From Flavobacteriales bacterium (lineage in GTDB: Bacteria > Bacteroidota > Bacteroidia > Flavobacteriales > UBA7430): a DNA stretch of 64,000 nucleotides. Within the stretch, counting starts at the first letter, position 1. Each line of letters begins with the position of its first letter. The notes beneath the pieces are model-generated. The model had not been told where the DNA came from. It worked only from the letters and a program-made list of their open reading frames with translations, and did no database searches. The position numbers and the translations under genes were made by a program. The stretch is from positions 5,010-69,009 of the forward strand of contig JAQWKY010000044.1 of NCBI GenBank assembly GCA_029247585.1. The letters are read 5' to 3'. This document shows, in pieces, positions 19,416-30,437 of this stretch.

Positions 19416-20564
19416 CTAAACGTTTGATCTTCCTTTATGAAGTTTACCCAAAGCTTCTTGATAGGCCTCTTCATAGAGAGGAAGAACTTTGGGTAAATCG
19501 TATTCTTTAGCTACTTGGTTTGCATTTGACGAAAAACTATGATACAATTCATCGTTACTTAAAAGTGATATTGCATCATTTGCCATTTTTTCTAAATCTC
19601 CTACCGCTGATGTAAAACCTGTTTTGCCGTCAATATTTACACGAGCTAAACCACCAATATTAGTTGATATTACGGGTATTGATGCGGCCATGGCCTCAAG
19701 GGCTACCAAACCAAAACTTTCTTTTTCTGAAGGCAATAAAAACAAATCGGAAATGGCTAATAAACGTGAAACATCTTTTATTTTACCTAAAAATTTAACG
19801 TCATCAGAATAACCCATTTCTCGGCACAAATATTCTGCAACTTCTCTTTGAGGACCATCTCCAACCATCAATAATTTTACGGGTAATTTTGACCTCACCT
19901 TCGCAAAAATTCGAATTACATCAGACACCCTTTTCACGGGTCTAAAATTAGAAATATGTATAATGATTTTCTCCTTACCGGAAGTGAAATGAGCATGTAA
20001 ATCTTTGTCAAAAATAAAATTGTGTAGACTAAAATCAATAAAGTTTGGAATCACCTTAATCTCTTTACGAATAGCGAAAGAAGACAAAGTTTCTTCTTTC
20101 AAACTTTCTGATACAGCAGTAACAACATCGGAATGATTAATTGAAAAAGTTACCGCAGGGGTTATTGATGGGTTCTTGCCAACTAAAGTAATATCTGTTC
20201 CATGAAGGGTTGTTACCACAGGAATCTGTATCCCTTCATCTGCTAGCATCTGCTTGGCTAAATAAGCTACGTAAGCATGAGGAATGGCATAGTGAACATG
20301 AAGTAAATCCAACTTCTCAAATTTGACTACATCCAAAAGTTTACAAGCTAAACTAAGCTCGTAAGGTGGATAATCAAACAAGGGGTAATCTGCAACACGA
20401 ACTTCATGAAAGACAACATTATTAACTTGTTCGTTTAATCGAACAGGCTGCCGGTATGCAATGATATGAACTTCATGTCCTTTATCTGCTAAAGCTTTAC
20501 CTAATTCAGTCGCTACAATTCCGCTTCCGCCAAAAGTAGGATAACACACGATTCCTATTCTCAT
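19416..20564 (-). CDS. bshA: N-acetyl-alpha-D-glucosaminyl L-malate synthase (bacillithiol biosynthesis, GT4)
   Basis: 382 aa. MRIGIVCYPTFGGSGIVATELGKALADKGHEVH.. and TTLHGTDITLVG closely resemble Bacillus BshA. Confidence 0.8.
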   Translation of the reverse strand: MRIGIVCYPTFGGSGIVATELGKALADKGHEVHIIAYRQPVRLNEQVNNVVFHEVRVADYPLFDYPPYELSLACKLLDVVKFEKLDLLHVHYAIPHAYVAYLAKQMLADEGIQIPVVTTLHGTDITLVGKNPSITPAVTFSINHSDVVTAVSESLKEETLSSFAIRKEIKVIPNFIDFSLHNFIFDKDLHAHFTSGKEKIIIHISNFRPVKRVSDVIRIFAKVRSKLPVKLLMVGDGPQREVAEYLCREMGYSDDVKFLGKIKDVSRLLAISDLFLLPSEKESFGLVALEAMAASIPVISTNIGGLARVNIDGKTGFTSAVGDLEKMANDAISLLSNDELYHSFSSNANQVAKEYDLPKVLPLYEEAYQEALGKLHKGRSNV

Positions 20565-20567
20565 AAT

Positions 20568-23510
20568 TTATTCAATTGCCTTGTAGATTACTTCTTGAAT
20601 TCGAGTTCTGAAATTTTCTCTCACAAGGAGAAAGTTTTCAGCGGATGGATGAATTCTATTTGATAAAAATACGTAAATCAAATCATGTTCTGGATCTGCC
20701 CAAACTAGAGTTCCTGTAAAACCAGAATGTCCATAACTCGATGGGGAAGCTTGTTTACAAGTAGGCCCTTCGGAATCATCAATAACAGGTTTATCAAAAC
20801 CAATTCCTCTACGATTGTCTTTACGATAATACTGACAAGAGGTAAACTCATTCAAAGTCTTTTCTTTTATGTACCTCTTACCTCCATAGACTCCCCCATT
20901 CAGATACATCTGCATAAGTTTTGCCATATCGTTTGCATTGGAGAAAAGCCCCGCATGGCCACCAACTCCATCCTGCATCGCAGCACCAGGATCATGCACA
21001 TATCCCTTTAACAATTGATTTCTAAAATAAGTATCATTTTCTGTTGGAACAATCGTTTGTTTGTCAAACTTCTCAAGCGGGTGATAAGTGGTTAAATCGG
21101 CTCCTAAATCTTCATAAATTCGATTTTGAACTAAATCTTTTAGCGAATTCCCTTCTTGCTTCTCAATAACTTCCTTTAAGATATAATAAGCCAAGTCACT
21201 GTATTTATACCCTTTTTCTTCGCGCATTTTAGAATGAATAACCCGATCTGAAATCGTATCTAGATAAGTCTCATTCATGTATATATCTTGGGCTACTTGA
21301 ATCTGAAAACCACCTTCCTTTTTGTTTGAATAAATCTGAGGGTTTAAGGTCCCATTTTCATTTAAGGTTTCTCGATAAAATGGAATCCAAGGCCACAATC
21401 GAGCTTGATGACTGAGCATTTTTCTGGTAGTTAATTTCGCTTTGGAGCAGGTGTCTTCGACACTTAAATATTTAGTAATCCTCTTATCGATATTAAAACT
21501 TCCAGCATCAACCTTTTGCATGACTATGGGCAATGTAGAGGCAATTTTTGTAATGGACGCAATATCATAAACGTCAAATTCGTCAACAGCTTTGAGACTA
21601 TCATACGTATGGTAACCAAAACTTTTGTGATAAATAACTTTTCCTTCTTTGGCAACTAAAACTTGACATCCCGGAGTGGCTTTCATTGTTATGGCCTCTT
21701 TCACCAAAGTATCTATCAAACTAAGGGTATCACTATTCACACCAACTTCCTCAGGTAGCGTATACTTCAGTCGATCTATAGAATTCAACTTTAAACCAAA
21801 ACCAGCCTTGTATTCATCGGTAAGACTTACGGGTAATGCCCCAGTTATAGGAACAGCCCCAAATAAACTTTGCGCAGCAATAGACTGCATTGAAATCGAA
21901 TTTTGATAGGCCATCACTATCGAATTCACACTTGTCAAGTAATCGGCATTAAGTAAACTGTAGGGGTTGGCAAAAACTACCAATGATACTGAAGTCTCAT
22001 CGGAAACAGTTCTAATCATTTCTTTTTCAGCTGCTGAAATTTTGTAAGATTTCCATGGAGAAGTATTGGACCTATGTATGGAAACAATTAGTTGATCAAA
22101 ATCTGAAGCTTCATCTATACTTGTGTCAAAGCTATGAATATTTGCATACCTCTTCAGTTGACGAACAAAGGGTTCAGAACTCGATTCACCCAAAGTCAAT
22201 ACGGCTATTTTTTCATTTTTAAGATCGACAAAAGGTAGCTGAGCATCCCTGTTTTTCAAAAGTGTTAATGCTGATGACTCCATACGTTGTCTTAAAAATT
22301 CAGTTTTGTCATTCTGAGCTCTATTAACAACATTTGAGCTGTCAAGAATAACTGAAGAAGTCAAGCCAAGCCATTCTTTGGCTTTTAAAATCTTATGACA
22401 TGATTCGTTAATCCGACTCACAGTTAATATACTATCCTCAATCGCACGATGAATTGCCTTAAAAGCCGCCGGAACATCCTCAGGAAAAAGAAGCACATCA
22501 TTCCCTGCTTGTAGCGCAGCAACTTCTAAAGATCCGCTTTCATAATAATTACTAACCCCCTTCATGTTTAGGGCATCCGTAAATACAAGACCGCTAAAAT
22601 TAAGCTCTTGTTGCAACAGGGTGTCTACCACATAAGGAGACAATGTACTGGCTCTATTTGAAGTTGAATCAAGAGAAGGAATGTTCAAATGGGCTACCAT
22701 TACCGATGCTACTCCTGCATCAACCAATTTTTTAAAAGGAAATAAATCAACAGAATCAATACGCGATTTAGAATGATTTATAACAGGTAGTGTTTTATGC
22801 GAATCAGAATCCGTATCGCCATGTCCAGGGAAATGTTTTGCACAGGCCAAAACGCCAGAATCTTGCATACCATGCATCAAAGCAAGCGCTTTTTGACTAA
22901 CATTTACAGGATCCTCACCATAAGATCTTGCATTGATGATGGGGTTTAAAGGATTGGAATTCACATCCACAACCGGCGTAAAATTAAAGTGTATTCCCAT
23001 GGTCTTACACTCCTGAGCAATGGCTCCTCCCATTTCGTAAAGTAGGCTGTCATTCTGAACAGCACCCAAGGTCATGTTCCAAGGATAGGGCTTTAGGCTG
23101 TCTATACGCATAGCTAACCCCCACTCACCGTCTATTCCATTCATCAATGGAATCTTTGATTTTGACTGAAATCGATTGACTAAAATATTGTGTTGTTGAG
23201 GTTCTGATTGAAAGTAAATAAGTCCACCCAAGCCGTACTTTTCAATTAAAGTATCTGTTCTTAAATAATCCGTTTCATCAGAATGCTTCCCATTGGCTGC
23301 CACCATAAACAACTGCCCCATCTTTTCATCGAGACTCATAGTGAGAATCAATGAGTCAGCCCAAGGACTCTCAACTCTCATGTAAGGGGGTGCAACTGGA
23401 GGTTCAGGGATCGTGGCTACCCCATCTCCCCAAAAGCCCAAAAGACTGGTAAAAACAATGAATAAGCTAATAAGTCTAATGTACATGGCAATGAATGATG
23501 ATTGGTCCAA
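20568..23510 (-). CDS. Fusion of a GH3 beta-N-acetylhexosaminidase (NagZ-like) and a serine beta-lactamase/PBP-like hydrolase
   Basis: 980 aa. GH3 motif KHFPGHGDTDSDSH in the N-terminal half. S-x-x-K (ASITK) in the C-terminal half. Confidence 0.8.
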   Translation of the reverse strand: MDQSSFIAMYIRLISLFIVFTSLLGFWGDGVATIPEPPVAPPYMRVESPWADSLILTMSLDEKMGQLFMVAANGKHSDETDYLRTDTLIEKYGLGGLIYFQSEPQQHNILVNRFQSKSKIPLMNGIDGEWGLAMRIDSLKPYPWNMTLGAVQNDSLLYEMGGAIAQECKTMGIHFNFTPVVDVNSNPLNPIINARSYGEDPVNVSQKALALMHGMQDSGVLACAKHFPGHGDTDSDSHKTLPVINHSKSRIDSVDLFPFKKLVDAGVASVMVAHLNIPSLDSTSNRASTLSPYVVDTLLQQELNFSGLVFTDALNMKGVSNYYESGSLEVAALQAGNDVLLFPEDVPAAFKAIHRAIEDSILTVSRINESCHKILKAKEWLGLTSSVILDSSNVVNRAQNDKTEFLRQRMESSALTLLKNRDAQLPFVDLKNEKIAVLTLGESSSEPFVRQLKRYANIHSFDTSIDEASDFDQLIVSIHRSNTSPWKSYKISAAEKEMIRTVSDETSVSLVVFANPYSLLNADYLTSVNSIVMAYQNSISMQSIAAQSLFGAVPITGALPVSLTDEYKAGFGLKLNSIDRLKYTLPEEVGVNSDTLSLIDTLVKEAITMKATPGCQVLVAKEGKVIYHKSFGYHTYDSLKAVDEFDVYDIASITKIASTLPIVMQKVDAGSFNIDKRITKYLSVEDTCSKAKLTTRKMLSHQARLWPWIPFYRETLNENGTLNPQIYSNKKEGGFQIQVAQDIYMNETYLDTISDRVIHSKMREEKGYKYSDLAYYILKEVIEKQEGNSLKDLVQNRIYEDLGADLTTYHPLEKFDKQTIVPTENDTYFRNQLLKGYVHDPGAAMQDGVGGHAGLFSNANDMAKLMQMYLNGGVYGGKRYIKEKTLNEFTSCQYYRKDNRRGIGFDKPVIDDSEGPTCKQASPSSYGHSGFTGTLVWADPEHDLIYVFLSNRIHPSAENFLLVRENFRTRIQEVIYKAIE

Positions 23511-23784
23511 TTACGGACTTTTAAACCTTTTTAAAAATACATAGAAATGTTTCAGAAATCGAGCCAAGCAAGTCTTAAATAGGAGAATCTTATCAACAAT
23601 CAAAGAAAAATATGGTTAGTGTTGTGCCCCTTCAACAAGGAACGTAAAATCAAGCATCTATGGCTAAAGAGGAGAATTGCGAGATTGCTATTTTTACAGA
23701 TGCACCAAAATCAAACAACTTATCCACAAGACTGTTATTTGGTCTTAGATTTTTATAATTTTCGAAATTCTTTAAGAACAATTC

Positions 23785-26115
23785 ATGAAGCTTTGTATTG
23801 CGGAAAAGCCCAGTGTGGCAAGAGAAATAGCTCAGGTTATTGGAGCCAATGAAAAAAAGATTGGTTATTATGAGGGCAATGGCTATCAGGTAAGCTGGAC
23901 TTTTGGGCATTTCTGCACACTGAAAGAACCTCATGAATACAATCCTTCTTGGAAGGCTTGGAACCTAAGTTATCTTCCTATCCTTCCACCAGCCTATGAG
24001 ATTAAACTCATCAAAAACAAAGGCGTAAAAGAACAATTCAATGTGATTAAATATCTTGTTGGACAAGCTGACTCCATCATCAACTGCGGTGATGCGGGCC
24101 AAGAAGGTGAACTGATACAACGCTGGGTTTTGGAATATGCTGGAAACACAAAACCTATTGAGCGACTATGGATTTCTTCCCTCACAAATGAAGCTATCAA
24201 GACAGGCTTTGCTAAACTCAGAAAAGGAACTGACTTTGACCGCTTGTACCATGCGGGAAAAGCAAGAGCCATTGGTGATTGGGTCCTAGGGTTTAATGCG
24301 ACTCGCCTTTATACGCTGCGTTATGGGAGCGGTAAACAGGTGTTATCCATTGGAAGAGTACAAACACCTACTTTGGCGATGATTGTTAATCGACAAAAAG
24401 AGATAGAAAACTTTAAACCCAGCCCTTATTGGGTGCTGGAAACAAAATACAAAGAGACTCTTTTTAGTGCTGAATCAGGTAAGTTTCTGAATCAAAAAAA
24501 AGCGGAAGAGCAGTTAACACTCATTAAACAAGCTGAATTTGAAATCATTTCCAACGAAACTAAAGAAGGTAAAGAAAGTCCGCTTCGACTTTTTGACCTT
24601 ACCTCTCTTCAGGTTTCTTGTAACAATCGATTTGCTTTATCAGCAGAAGAGACCCTAAAAACGATACAAAGTCTTTACGAGAAAAAACTCTGCTCCTACC
24701 CTCGTGTAGATACGACCTTTCTCCCAATGGATGTTTATCCGAAAATCGAAGGAATCCTAAAAGGCTTAAAAGTTTATCAAACAATCACTACGCCCTTGTT
24801 AGGAAGGCCCATACGCAAATCAAAAAAAGTATTTAACGACAAGAAAGTCACCGATCATCATGCCATTATTCCTACGGGGCAAAATCCAAATTCAGGCTTA
24901 ACTTACAACGAAAAAAAGGTCTACGACCTGATCACTAAAAGATTTATTGCTGCTTTTTATCCCGACTGTACCATCTCCAACACCACAGTGAAAGGGAAAG
25001 CAAATACCGTTTTGTTCCGAACTAGCGGAAAACAAATTTTGGATTTGGGCTGGCGAGTTGTTTATGGAAAAGATAGCGGTGAAGATTCTAATGACACTAT
25101 TATGCCTGACTTTGTTGTGGGTGAAAAAGGTACACACAAAGCAACTTTGAATGAAAAAAGCACCAAAGCACCTTCTTGGCTTACGGAAGCCTCGCTCCTA
25201 AGAGCTATGGAGACAGCAGGTAAACAAGTTGATGACGAAGAAATGCGTGATCTTATGAAGGAAAATGGCATTGGAAGGCCTTCTACACGCGCAGCAGTCA
25301 TCGAAACACTGTTTCGAAGAAAATACATCGTAAAACAAAAAAAGAAATTAGTTGCAACACCTATGGGAGTTCAGTTGATAGACACCATACAAAACGAACT
25401 CCTTAAATCTCCAAAACTTACGGGGCAGTGGGAAAAAAAGCTAAGAGATATCGAACAAGGCTCCTATGATGCGAAAGTTTTCCTTAAAGAAATGGAAGGA
25501 CTCGTTAGTACTGTGGTTCATGATGTGAAAAATCGCTCAGCTGTAAATCGATTCCGTGAAGCAGATCAAAAATTGCGAAAAAAAATAGAATCTCCCACGT
25601 GCCCAAAATGTAAATCGGGCACCCTACTGAAAGGGAGAAAAGCTTACGGTTGTAGTGAATACAAAAGGGGCTGTGATTTCACCGTTTCTTTTTCTCAGTT
25701 CAACAAGAAACTTACCGAAAAACAACTATTTCAACTTGTAAAATCCGGGAAAACAGGATGGATTAAAGGTTTTGAAAAAGACCAATCAAACGTTGAAGGA
25801 AAACTAAGCCTTACTGAATCGCTCACGGTTGAATTAGAAATAAAAGAAAAAGAGATTTTAAAATGCCCTCGTTGTCAAGAAGGCGAAATTATTTTGGGTC
25901 GAAATGCCTACGGCTGTAATCGATTTAACTCAGGATGTAAAACCACCATTCCTTTTGAAGTTTTTGGCAAAAAGCTCACAAAAACACAAACCATTCAGCT
26001 GATTAAAAAAGGTGAAACTCCAGCAATCAAAGGTTTTATTATAGATGGACTTAATAAATCTGGAAAACTCAAATTCAACGCTGACTTTCAAATTAACTTC
26101 GAAGAACAGAAATAA
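23785..26115 (+). CDS. topB: DNA topoisomerase III with two C-terminal zinc-ribbon repeats
   Basis: 776 aa. Toprim start MKLCIAEKPS. Active-site region SYPRVDTTFLP. Two CP.C..G...G..AYGC modules. Confidence 0.85.
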   Translation: MKLCIAEKPSVAREIAQVIGANEKKIGYYEGNGYQVSWTFGHFCTLKEPHEYNPSWKAWNLSYLPILPPAYEIKLIKNKGVKEQFNVIKYLVGQADSIINCGDAGQEGELIQRWVLEYAGNTKPIERLWISSLTNEAIKTGFAKLRKGTDFDRLYHAGKARAIGDWVLGFNATRLYTLRYGSGKQVLSIGRVQTPTLAMIVNRQKEIENFKPSPYWVLETKYKETLFSAESGKFLNQKKAEEQLTLIKQAEFEIISNETKEGKESPLRLFDLTSLQVSCNNRFALSAEETLKTIQSLYEKKLCSYPRVDTTFLPMDVYPKIEGILKGLKVYQTITTPLLGRPIRKSKKVFNDKKVTDHHAIIPTGQNPNSGLTYNEKKVYDLITKRFIAAFYPDCTISNTTVKGKANTVLFRTSGKQILDLGWRVVYGKDSGEDSNDTIMPDFVVGEKGTHKATLNEKSTKAPSWLTEASLLRAMETAGKQVDDEEMRDLMKENGIGRPSTRAAVIETLFRRKYIVKQKKKLVATPMGVQLIDTIQNELLKSPKLTGQWEKKLRDIEQGSYDAKVFLKEMEGLVSTVVHDVKNRSAVNRFREADQKLRKKIESPTCPKCKSGTLLKGRKAYGCSEYKRGCDFTVSFSQFNKKLTEKQLFQLVKSGKTGWIKGFEKDQSNVEGKLSLTESLTVELEIKEKEILKCPRCQEGEIILGRNAYGCNRFNSGCKTTIPFEVFGKKLTKTQTIQLIKKGETPAIKGFIIDGLNKSGKLKFNADFQINFEEQK

Positions 26116-26142
26116 AAAAGCCTCCTTAATGGGAGGCTTTTT
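26116..26142 (+). terminator. Rho-independent terminator after topB
   Basis: GCCTCC-TTAATG-GGAGGC hairpin followed by T5. Confidence 0.7.
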
Positions 26143-26162
26143 CAATAGTATTAATCAAATTT

Positions 26163-27458
26163 TTAATCATCTCTGCCAAAATGTAATACCAAGCCCATGT
26201 GCATACCAAAGTTTTTAAGATCGAACACCTCAAGAAGCATGTTTTCGAGAATCATATGGAATTGAAAAGGCCCAGGACTCCATACAAATCCACCCCCCAC
26301 ATTACTTATACCACTGAAGTTTTTATAGGAAGTTAATAATTGAAAAGAGTCACCCAATTGCAACTGATACCCTGCCATAAAACTATTCACACTGACATTT
26401 GGATGCTTTTTTGAGTGAAACAAAAAAGAAAAACTATGCCTGTCTGTCAATTTGTATTTTGCACCTACAAATAGATTTGACTTTAACTTGGTCGAGTAAG
26501 ATTCACTGACCTCATTTATTTCCATAGTTGCCGTCAAAGAATCAACAATTTCATCAATTTGATCCTCAAAGTCTAGATCGTCATCAGCACTAGACTGCAC
26601 TATGCCTTTAAATTCATATTCTTTTTCTCCTTCAGTAGTATAGAATTCATTATTTTCTTCGGCCCAGTTGATGCTCCCGATATCGTTTAAGGCAAGGCTT
26701 AACTCAAGATCATCAGTGGCTTGATAAATGGCCCCCAAATCGACAGCGAATCCACTGTTCTTAGTCGGCTTTAAGTTTTCTCCTCCCCCTGAAGTTTTCA
26801 CCATAACGTCTGAATACAAAGTCGTTTGGTAAAAGTCAGGACTTGTCTGGAATGCAACATTAATTTTTTCTGTGTGTAAGTTTGCTAGCCCTGTCAAGAA
26901 CTTAAAACGAACGCCTATGTTTAACTGATCATTGAAGTCAACTGCGGTACCCAAATAAAAACTATTGTATACGGTTGCATCAAAATACTCTTCATTAAAG
27001 CTAATTTTTTGACCTAAAACATGAGCATTCCCACGCGTCAAGTAATCAAATACATCACCCGAAAAATTGACATTAACATCACTCACGAACTCATCTCCAA
27101 AGTACACGAATATGTTCTTGTCGTTTCCTAATTTGAAACCTACATGTAATAAACTGACCCGATTATCAACATAAAAAGCATCCTTACCTCCGAAATTTGA
27201 AATTATAGAAGGGATGTTGATGGCTAAAGAATCGTCCTGTCTCTTGTCAAGGGCCTCACTCAGACTGAAAGGCCACTGTGTATGAGTTGATATATTCGTT
27301 AGGGTCGGAATACCAAAGACAAAATTGGAAGTTGGCATTGTCGCAGCGTTAGTACTCGACTGTAAAATATAAGCTTGTGAATGATAACCTGTATGTATGT
27401 TCTGAGCAACTATACTTGTACAAATAAATGTTGCTAATAGGAATATATACTTCTTCAT
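26163..27458 (-). CDS. Predicted outer-membrane beta-barrel protein, uncharacterised
   Basis: 431 aa. Signal peptide (..TSIVAQ). Repeated amphipathic beta-strand patterns (FYLGTAVDF, IGVRFKFLTG, GFAVDLGAIYQ, LFVGAKYKL, FMAGYQLQL). Start overlaps the upstream gene's stop (ATGA). Confidence 0.55.
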   Translation of the reverse strand: MKKYIFLLATFICTSIVAQNIHTGYHSQAYILQSSTNAATMPTSNFVFGIPTLTNISTHTQWPFSLSEALDKRQDDSLAINIPSIISNFGGKDAFYVDNRVSLLHVGFKLGNDKNIFVYFGDEFVSDVNVNFSGDVFDYLTRGNAHVLGQKISFNEEYFDATVYNSFYLGTAVDFNDQLNIGVRFKFLTGLANLHTEKINVAFQTSPDFYQTTLYSDVMVKTSGGGENLKPTKNSGFAVDLGAIYQATDDLELSLALNDIGSINWAEENNEFYTTEGEKEYEFKGIVQSSADDDLDFEDQIDEIVDSLTATMEINEVSESYSTKLKSNLFVGAKYKLTDRHSFSFLFHSKKHPNVSVNSFMAGYQLQLGDSFQLLTSYKNFSGISNVGGGFVWSPGPFQFHMILENMLLEVFDLKNFGMHMGLVLHFGRDD

Positions 27459-29554
27459 TGCTCTTCTATTTTTGATTTAATCCTAAGTCCTGCTTCAATT
27501 TCAATTGTGTAGTCGGTGTACAATCGCACGGCCTGGTTCTCGAAATTGTAAGAAGCTACCTTCATGTCCAAAAGTATTTGATTGGCATTAAAAAGGGCAT
27601 CTATCTGATCGGAATCCAAATCGACTTCTAGAGAATAAACTTTAGGAGCTACGGTTTTTCCATTTTCATCAACCTCTGCTGCTTGAAGCAAGCCAAACTG
27701 CAAAGTATCTAAGGTAGTTCCACTCAAAGAATCCGAAAATAGAATCATCAAATTTAGATCTAATGGAAATTCATTCTCAACGTTTAGTTTACAAGAAATA
27801 GCCTCGATATCCTCAGAAGTGAAATCGTCTGAATCTGATAGATCAATAGCCATAGTATCCGTTGTTACAGCTTCACTGATTCTTAAATAAAGAGGTAAGT
27901 CCATTTCAAAACCAAAGCTTATACCCGTACCCGGACTGATCGAGTTAGGCCCTGTATTACCATCAGGGTTTGAGGTAACAGAACCGCTGTACGAAATTAT
28001 CTCGGGTGCCAAGGCTATCAATTCAGAAAGGTTATTTGTCTCATTAAAAACAACTCTTGTAGAAACAGCCTCGTCGTAAGCTGAAACAACTTCAAAAAGA
28101 GCATCGGTAATACTTTCACTTTTAGCACCGTTCGTTCCTTTTAAATCTAAATCAATCTCAAACGGAATCCCAACGGTATTGTCTATGGTAAATATCAAGT
28201 TTGGGGTTTCCAATTTAATACCAGATGTAATGTCTTCTAAAAGACTCACATCCACATCCAATTCACCGGGTTCAATGGTTTCGATAATCTGACCAAAATA
28301 GCCCTCTATAAGACTAAATTCTAAATCGACTACTCCAATGCTTAGATTTACGAAATCATTTTCATTAAAGCTTGCATAACCATTTGTTGGGGTGATTTTG
28401 GATGCATAATTAATCTCCAATTGATTTTCTGTATCCTCAAAATTAAATTGATAACCATCTAAATTTATGGATATCGTTTCTTCGTTACCAGAAGTGTTAC
28501 CAATCATCAACACTTCCTTAAAGGAATCCCCATTAGGATCTTTTAATTGAGGAATCTCTAAATCCAATTCCAAAGTTGTATTCACGCTGGACTCGTAACT
28601 ATATTCTAGAGCACCACCGGATAGATTTATAAAATCAATCGATACATCATCATCAAATTCTAAATCAAATGCAAAGGTCTCTGAGGGTCCTGTTTGGTCT
28701 GGAAACTTAACTTGTCCTTGAGTAATGGTTATATTTGATCCACTTATGTTCAGGAGTATATTGTCTGTCTCTTTCAGATCTATATATGTTGAAGGATCTA
28801 GTACATTCGGACCACTACCTGTAATCTCAACGGCTACTACCTCAAAGGAAATGTCTTTGTACATCTGCTTGTTCACCAAAGACAAGGCCTGGGTCTGACT
28901 TGTTCCCTGGGTAATGTTTGAAAATTCAAAAGCACCGATTAAAGATTTGTTGTTTGAGTCGTTATTCTTTAACTGAAGTTCTAAATAATCAATATCTAAT
29001 CCGGTATTGTTTTCTACTTCCAAAGAGAGACTTCCTTCCGACATAGTAACATTTAAAAACTCATCGGAAGAACTTTGATCATAAGACCCTCCCGATTGTC
29101 TAGGAATATCTGGAAAGGGAACTTTACCTTCAGGAGCAGTTTCGGCAAGATTAAATGCATCTTCAATTTGTGTAGAAATAGCGTCATCCTCAAGGTTTTG
29201 ACCTAACTCACTGAGCTTGATTGTTTGTGTTTGAGAAAAATCAGCAAGATTTATGGAGCCAACGGTAAAATTTTCTTGAGTTGGTGCTTGATTTTCAATT
29301 TGCAACAAACTATCACTTTCAACTTTAGCAATGTTTTCACTTTTGAACGATATGCGAATGGAGCTGTCTGACTCAATGTAAATATTTTCATCGTCGGGCA
29401 ACAAATCTCCCAAAGTTGTGGTCGACTGAACTAAAGGAATAGCAATGTCTGGACTTACACTCACCGTACTACTGATCTTGGACAGGTCCTCTTCCATACA
29501 AGACATTAAAGATAGCATGGAGAATAAAAGCACTCCATTTCTAATGTTTAGCAT
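27455..29554 (-). CDS. Large, highly acidic predicted lipoprotein, uncharacterised
   Basis: 699 aa. Signal peptide ending in a lipobox-like LMSC. Very D/E/S/T/N-rich and has few other Cys. No family recognised. Confidence 0.55.
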   Translation of the reverse strand: MLNIRNGVLLFSMLSLMSCMEEDLSKISSTVSVSPDIAIPLVQSTTTLGDLLPDDENIYIESDSSIRISFKSENIAKVESDSLLQIENQAPTQENFTVGSINLADFSQTQTIKLSELGQNLEDDAISTQIEDAFNLAETAPEGKVPFPDIPRQSGGSYDQSSSDEFLNVTMSEGSLSLEVENNTGLDIDYLELQLKNNDSNNKSLIGAFEFSNITQGTSQTQALSLVNKQMYKDISFEVVAVEITGSGPNVLDPSTYIDLKETDNILLNISGSNITITQGQVKFPDQTGPSETFAFDLEFDDDVSIDFINLSGGALEYSYESSVNTTLELDLEIPQLKDPNGDSFKEVLMIGNTSGNEETISINLDGYQFNFEDTENQLEINYASKITPTNGYASFNENDFVNLSIGVVDLEFSLIEGYFGQIIETIEPGELDVDVSLLEDITSGIKLETPNLIFTIDNTVGIPFEIDLDLKGTNGAKSESITDALFEVVSAYDEAVSTRVVFNETNNLSELIALAPEIISYSGSVTSNPDGNTGPNSISPGTGISFGFEMDLPLYLRISEAVTTDTMAIDLSDSDDFTSEDIEAISCKLNVENEFPLDLNLMILFSDSLSGTTLDTLQFGLLQAAEVDENGKTVAPKVYSLEVDLDSDQIDALFNANQILLDMKVASYNFENQAVRLYTDYTIEIEAGLRIKSKIEEQ

Positions 29555-29620
29555 AATTTTTATTTTTTGTAATGATGACTAATATAGTTATTATCAATAT
29601 AATGTACACACTTTAAAGCT

Positions 29621-30337
29621 TTACTTCATCGTTAATCTGGCCAAATAATGAAAATGATCGTCCTCGTAAATCAATTCAACTTGCCAACCGCACGACTTTG
29701 CAACTTTTTCTAAACGTTCAAAATCAACAAACAACCAAGGAAAAAAATCTGCCTTACAATCCTTGTAACTCAGTGAATACTCTAAATTTCCGTAATAATC
29801 GTTATTTAGATTTACCCAAAAGCCTCCTTCATCATCTTCATACATGTATTTTAAATCCGAAGAATCGAGTATAATTTGACCTCCAGTATTGAGGAACTTC
29901 TTGATGTATTGCAAGAAAAAATTTAAGCCCTCTAAGTTTTTCACCAATCCAATCCCATTCATCATGAAGAGTATGGTATTAAATTGTTGAGGATTATAAC
30001 TCCATATATCATTACAAACCACCTTATTTAGACCTCTAGATTTCATCACCTCACAAGAGAGCTCTGATATATCCAATGCGGTTACGTCAAAACCCATGTC
30101 TTGAAGATGCAAACTATGTGAACCAGCTCCGGCCCCAACGTCAAGAACTTTTCCTTGAACGAGTTCTAATGCTTTTTTTTCCAGTAGGGGCATTAGATCA
30201 TGATTCCTGAATAAATAGGAAACTGATAGTTCCTCTCCGGCAGTAATGTTTGTATCTACTTTAACTGAAGTTTCATCTCCGTGATGAAAGTAGTTGTATA
30301 TGGCCTGACCCATCGGATCTTGTTCTCTCTTTATCAT
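29621..30337 (-). CDS. Class I SAM-dependent methyltransferase
   Basis: 238 aa. SAM motif VLDVGAGAGSHS. Confidence 0.7.
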   Translation of the reverse strand: MIKREQDPMGQAIYNYFHHGDETSVKVDTNITAGEELSVSYLFRNHDLMPLLEKKALELVQGKVLDVGAGAGSHSLHLQDMGFDVTALDISELSCEVMKSRGLNKVVCNDIWSYNPQQFNTILFMMNGIGLVKNLEGLNFFLQYIKKFLNTGGQIILDSSDLKYMYEDDEGGFWVNLNNDYYGNLEYSLSYKDCKADFFPWLFVDFERLEKVAKSCGWQVELIYEDDHFHYLARLTMK

Positions 30338-30437
30338 AGTATTGTTTGTAAGCTGTAAAAATAGAAAATGATTGGCATTAAGATTTCATCAATGCAGCTG
30401 AAAGCATTCAAATTCGTATTTTTAGAAAAAATTCCTT

